A stretch of 61,819 nucleotides of DNA, filler included, from Dimorphilus gyrociliatus (lineage: Eukaryota; Animalia; Annelida), in assembly GCA_904063045.1 (NCBI GenBank). It is 4 parts of 4 records of this genome, joined end to end, with 100 filler letters (N's around TTAATTAATTAA, not from the genome) between each part and the next. Parts side by side here need not be neighbours in the genome. Positions count along the whole stretch, not along the records: positions 58,333 to 61,819 come from CAJFCJ010000050.1; 3 more parts are not named here. One strand, written 5' to 3'. This document shows, piece by piece, positions 58,888-61,819 of this stretch (position 1 is the first letter of the stretch; each line of letters begins with the position of its first letter). The notes below the pieces were generated by a model. That model was not told where the DNA came from and searched no databases. It saw nothing but the letters and a program-made list of their open reading frames with translations. The position numbers and the translations under genes are program-made.

Positions 58888-59300
58888 GGATGCCACAGAA
58901 AATGTCCACAAATCATTGCTTTTACCCTAACCCTAACCCAGCCCTAAGTACCTAACCTTTTGTATTACCCCTAACCCTTAGAGGAGACCCTCCTACCAAG
59001 CTTTGGGAAATGTATAAAAGGAAATACATTTCACCAGTTTGGCAGTTCAGTTCTTCAATCGTTAACTGGTTGTTTAATCTTACTTGTTCAGAACTAGAAA
59101 CTCATTTACTCAATAGATATTCTTTGAATGAAATACTGGTGTTTTGTTGAATTATTTCTACCAAAATTACATTTATTAAGACATTTTGTGGACGAACTTG
59201 AAAGTTTCTATTTGTTTGAGTACTTTGGTGAATTGATAAATGATTGGATAGGACGAATTCTGTTCTGAAGAAGAAATTCCTACAATTTCAATAGAACAAA
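58888..59300. mobile_element. Left half of MITE (58888-58996) joined to repeat module B (58997-59300)
   Basis: GGATGCCACAGAAAATGTCC start. MITE similarity stops at CCCTCCTAC, where CAAGCTTTGGGAAATGTATAAAAGG begins. Confidence 0.8.
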
Positions 59301-60029
59301 ATACATTGACCATGAGGTTTTTGGCAAAAAGCCAGCAAATGTCAAGGTTTTTGAGCTGCTTACAAATTTTTTTCCCGTTTTCTGTTTTGTTAATTGTTCA
59401 TTAATTTTTGTATTTTAAAGAGGAAGCAGAAAAAATGACTCAAACAATTGATTAAGAAAGATTAATGAGGAGAATGAAATAGAAGACAAAATGATTTTAA
59501 AAAACTCCATTCCATCAATAAGACAGAACTGTAAAGTTACATTTACAACAAATTATTTTTTTAAATTGACCAAAAATGAATTTAATTCTATTTTAAAGAA
59601 AATTAGATATTTACATATAAGCCTATATTAATATATATTTTTTCTATAGGAAATTGTTTTAAACATCGATTTTTGTGTATATTTTGTTTGACTGCTTCCC
59701 ATGAGCAATTGGGACATCTCTGTCTCTTTTTGTTCATTTAGTCAAAAAAAACCCTTTGCAGAACTCATCCCAATTCTAGATTTTTTCTCATGAGACCTAG
59801 AATAAAAAACTGATTTTCTAGTTTTCTTGTGAAACATTCCACTGTTTTGCCATTTAAAACCTTCTGAACACAAATATTTTGCATAGTATTCTACTTTCTT
59901 TTTTGATGCAAACTAGCATTTTATATGCTTGATTTGGAACTTTAAATGCAATTTTTGCTCTCATAGCCCAGTTTTCAGAATAGAAAACAGAAACAGTCTT
60001 CTAAATTTCTTAAACAATTTTGAAAACAA

Positions 60030-60221
60030 TTATATAAAAGATAAATGAATTTGTAATAGAGTTGCATTCTTATCTAATGTAAAATGTTGATATTTCATTC
60101 CTGAAATACTTAAAAAATAGAGGTTAGGAAATATTATCAGACTTTTTATTAAGTATTTCTTATTTTCAGTTATTTTTAAATATCTCATTTCCAACATCTT
60201 CTTTGTATTACTAATTAACAT
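60030..60221 (-). pseudogene. Possible LRR remnant
   Basis: LEMRYLKITEN...FPNLYFLSISG resembles LRR units of the GPCR ectodomains. Confidence 0.25.
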
Positions 60222-60879
60222 GTTACCAGTTAATGTTAATTTCTTTATTTGTTGAGTTAGTTATTTGTTGATATCTTTTGTGTCATCTTTTCAACAACCA
60301 GCTTTCTTACTGCTATATCGATAGTTGGCATTTTGCATGTAAATGACTCTATGTAGCACTAATATCCTAAACTGTGGGATGAAACAATAGAATATTTTAT
60401 TTTTCCCACAGAATTCGAAATGTGCTTCTTTTAGTTGACCGGCCTATTTAGAGGCCATTTACAAAAACTTTTTTTTGCTTTAAAGTGTAATAGTAAGAAT
60501 TCTTATAATTGGTAATTGAACATAGATAAGTTATGTTCACCTGGAATCCAACAAAAATATCCTACTAATATCAGAGTCAAAAAAAATTTTACTTTTATAA
60601 AACAATACAGTAGTGCTTCTTTTAGGTGATCTGTACTGTATATATATATTTGCATACATGTTGCACATATAGTGCTCACAAGTGTTGGCTTCATATAAAT
60701 ATACATTTTATTGCCCTGGTTCAAGTTTAGGCGTTGTTCATTCGGTAAAAATACACCATCTTGGAGATTGTTTGAAATAATTGTGCCATGTTTGACAATT
60801 GATTTTATCTTGTTTTGCTGCATTACACTTTTATTTAAACAAACTATTTACATATCTGCAGAATTATTCATACACTAAG

Positions 60880-61042
60880 TGTACTCTCCTGCAACCTAGG
60901 GGTTGTAGCAAAAATAACTGAATCAGGAATAAGCCACTTAGAAGAGAGATCTAGAATTATTTATGTAATTAAACACTTGTTGTTATCAACATGTTTGGTT
61001 ATTTAACATCTTATCCTTTGCCTATAAAAGGGGATGATTCAA
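60880..61042 (-). mobile_element. Internally deleted, diverged copy of the gypsy LTR
   Basis: TGTACTCTCCTGC..GGTTGTAG..AAGCCACTTAGAAGAGAGAT (LTR 32937-33020) fused to TTTATGTAA..AAACACTTGTTG..CTTATCCTTTGCCTATAAAAGGGG (LTR ~33320-33400). Confidence 0.85.
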
Positions 61043-61819
61043 GGAAAAACTTATTGCTGGTTCTAGAGCTGGATTAGAGTTAATATAAAAGCACAAAACT
61101 GTTGGCATTTAAATGGTGATAAATCTTTTTTTGTCTAATAAATATTTGATTTGTCTCTTGTTTCTAACCTATAATGAATTACAGTACAATAATTCAACGA
61201 TTGCAGCTAAGAAGCTAATTGAATAGCAAATTATCATTATTTATGACCCAATTAGCAATACCTAATAATTCCAAAGTGAGAACAGCCACTTTTCTTAGAA
61301 TCAACTTTTAAAATTAATTGACAAAGAAAACTTATTGATGAGCTTTTTGTTGAACTACAAAAGACATTGCAAAGCAAAACTCTCCTAATTTATGTTTCCT
61401 TTTTTAGTTTTTTCTTATAGAACAAGTATAAAATTGACTAGGGTTTACTCAATCAATGAATCAATTTAAGCTGAATGCAATATATATAATATTCATAAAT
61501 GGCAATTAGCTCATTCTTTTTTACTATAACACTAGCAATAGTTGCTATTAGTCCATTTAAACTATTCAATAACCAGTTGACAAGTATCTTCACAAAAATC
61601 AGTAGTTGACCAATATTTATTAAGAAAGAGTGATAAATTGAAGAATCATCATTTTTTGAGAAAATAATGGTTGTTTTTGAAAAATTCTGTTTTTCAATAC
61701 TTTTAAATTTTATCATTATTGCACAATGTCAGTGTTTTGTTACTGATGTGGATAATATAGCCAAATCTAAGCTAGTTTATCAAGAGAGTACTCTTAATGA
61801 TAGTTATCTAGCTAAATAT

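Noticed and set aside
57328-61716. Scattered short ORFs near the right end (57328.., 57934.., 58277.., 60503.., 61453..)
   Set aside because: Low-complexity AT-rich translations without motifs or consistent splice structure.

Overview
Very AT-rich animal genomic window with short GT-AG introns, four assembly gaps and many repeats. The gene families (GRL101-like LDLa-LRR GPCRs, multi-C1q protein, F-type-lectin-like domains) suggest a lophotrochozoan-type invertebrate, but that is an inference. The centrepiece (32937-41383) is a decayed, rearranged Ty3/gypsy LTR retroelement. It has two ~575-bp LTRs in inverted orientation and a tRNA-Ser-like PBS, with gag/RT/RNaseH on the + strand. On the - strand, its integrase runs in the same frame into a signal peptide and a glycoprotein resembling class III viral fusogens (rhabdovirus-G-like). 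An intact, intronless BC-box-like LRR gene lies between that env-like ORF and the distal LTR. The host portion is a fast-evolving cluster of recognition-type genes: an intact RING-B-box-LRR (TRIM-like) gene plus four decayed LRR paralogues, two LDLa-LRR-7TM receptors (one possibly with a very large mosaic ectodomain), a chitin-binding-TSP1-3xC1q protein, an EGF/F-type-lectin-like gene, and an internally duplicated multi-TM protein with an inverted pseudogene copy. Other mobile DNA includes a Mutator-type MITE family with 9-bp TSDs and TTAGGG-like motifs, a MULE transposase remnant with matching TIR, a Tc1 remnant and modular LTR-like repeats. All domain calls are by motif recognition only, with no database searches. 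Exon and repeat boundaries are approximate unless stated to be exact.
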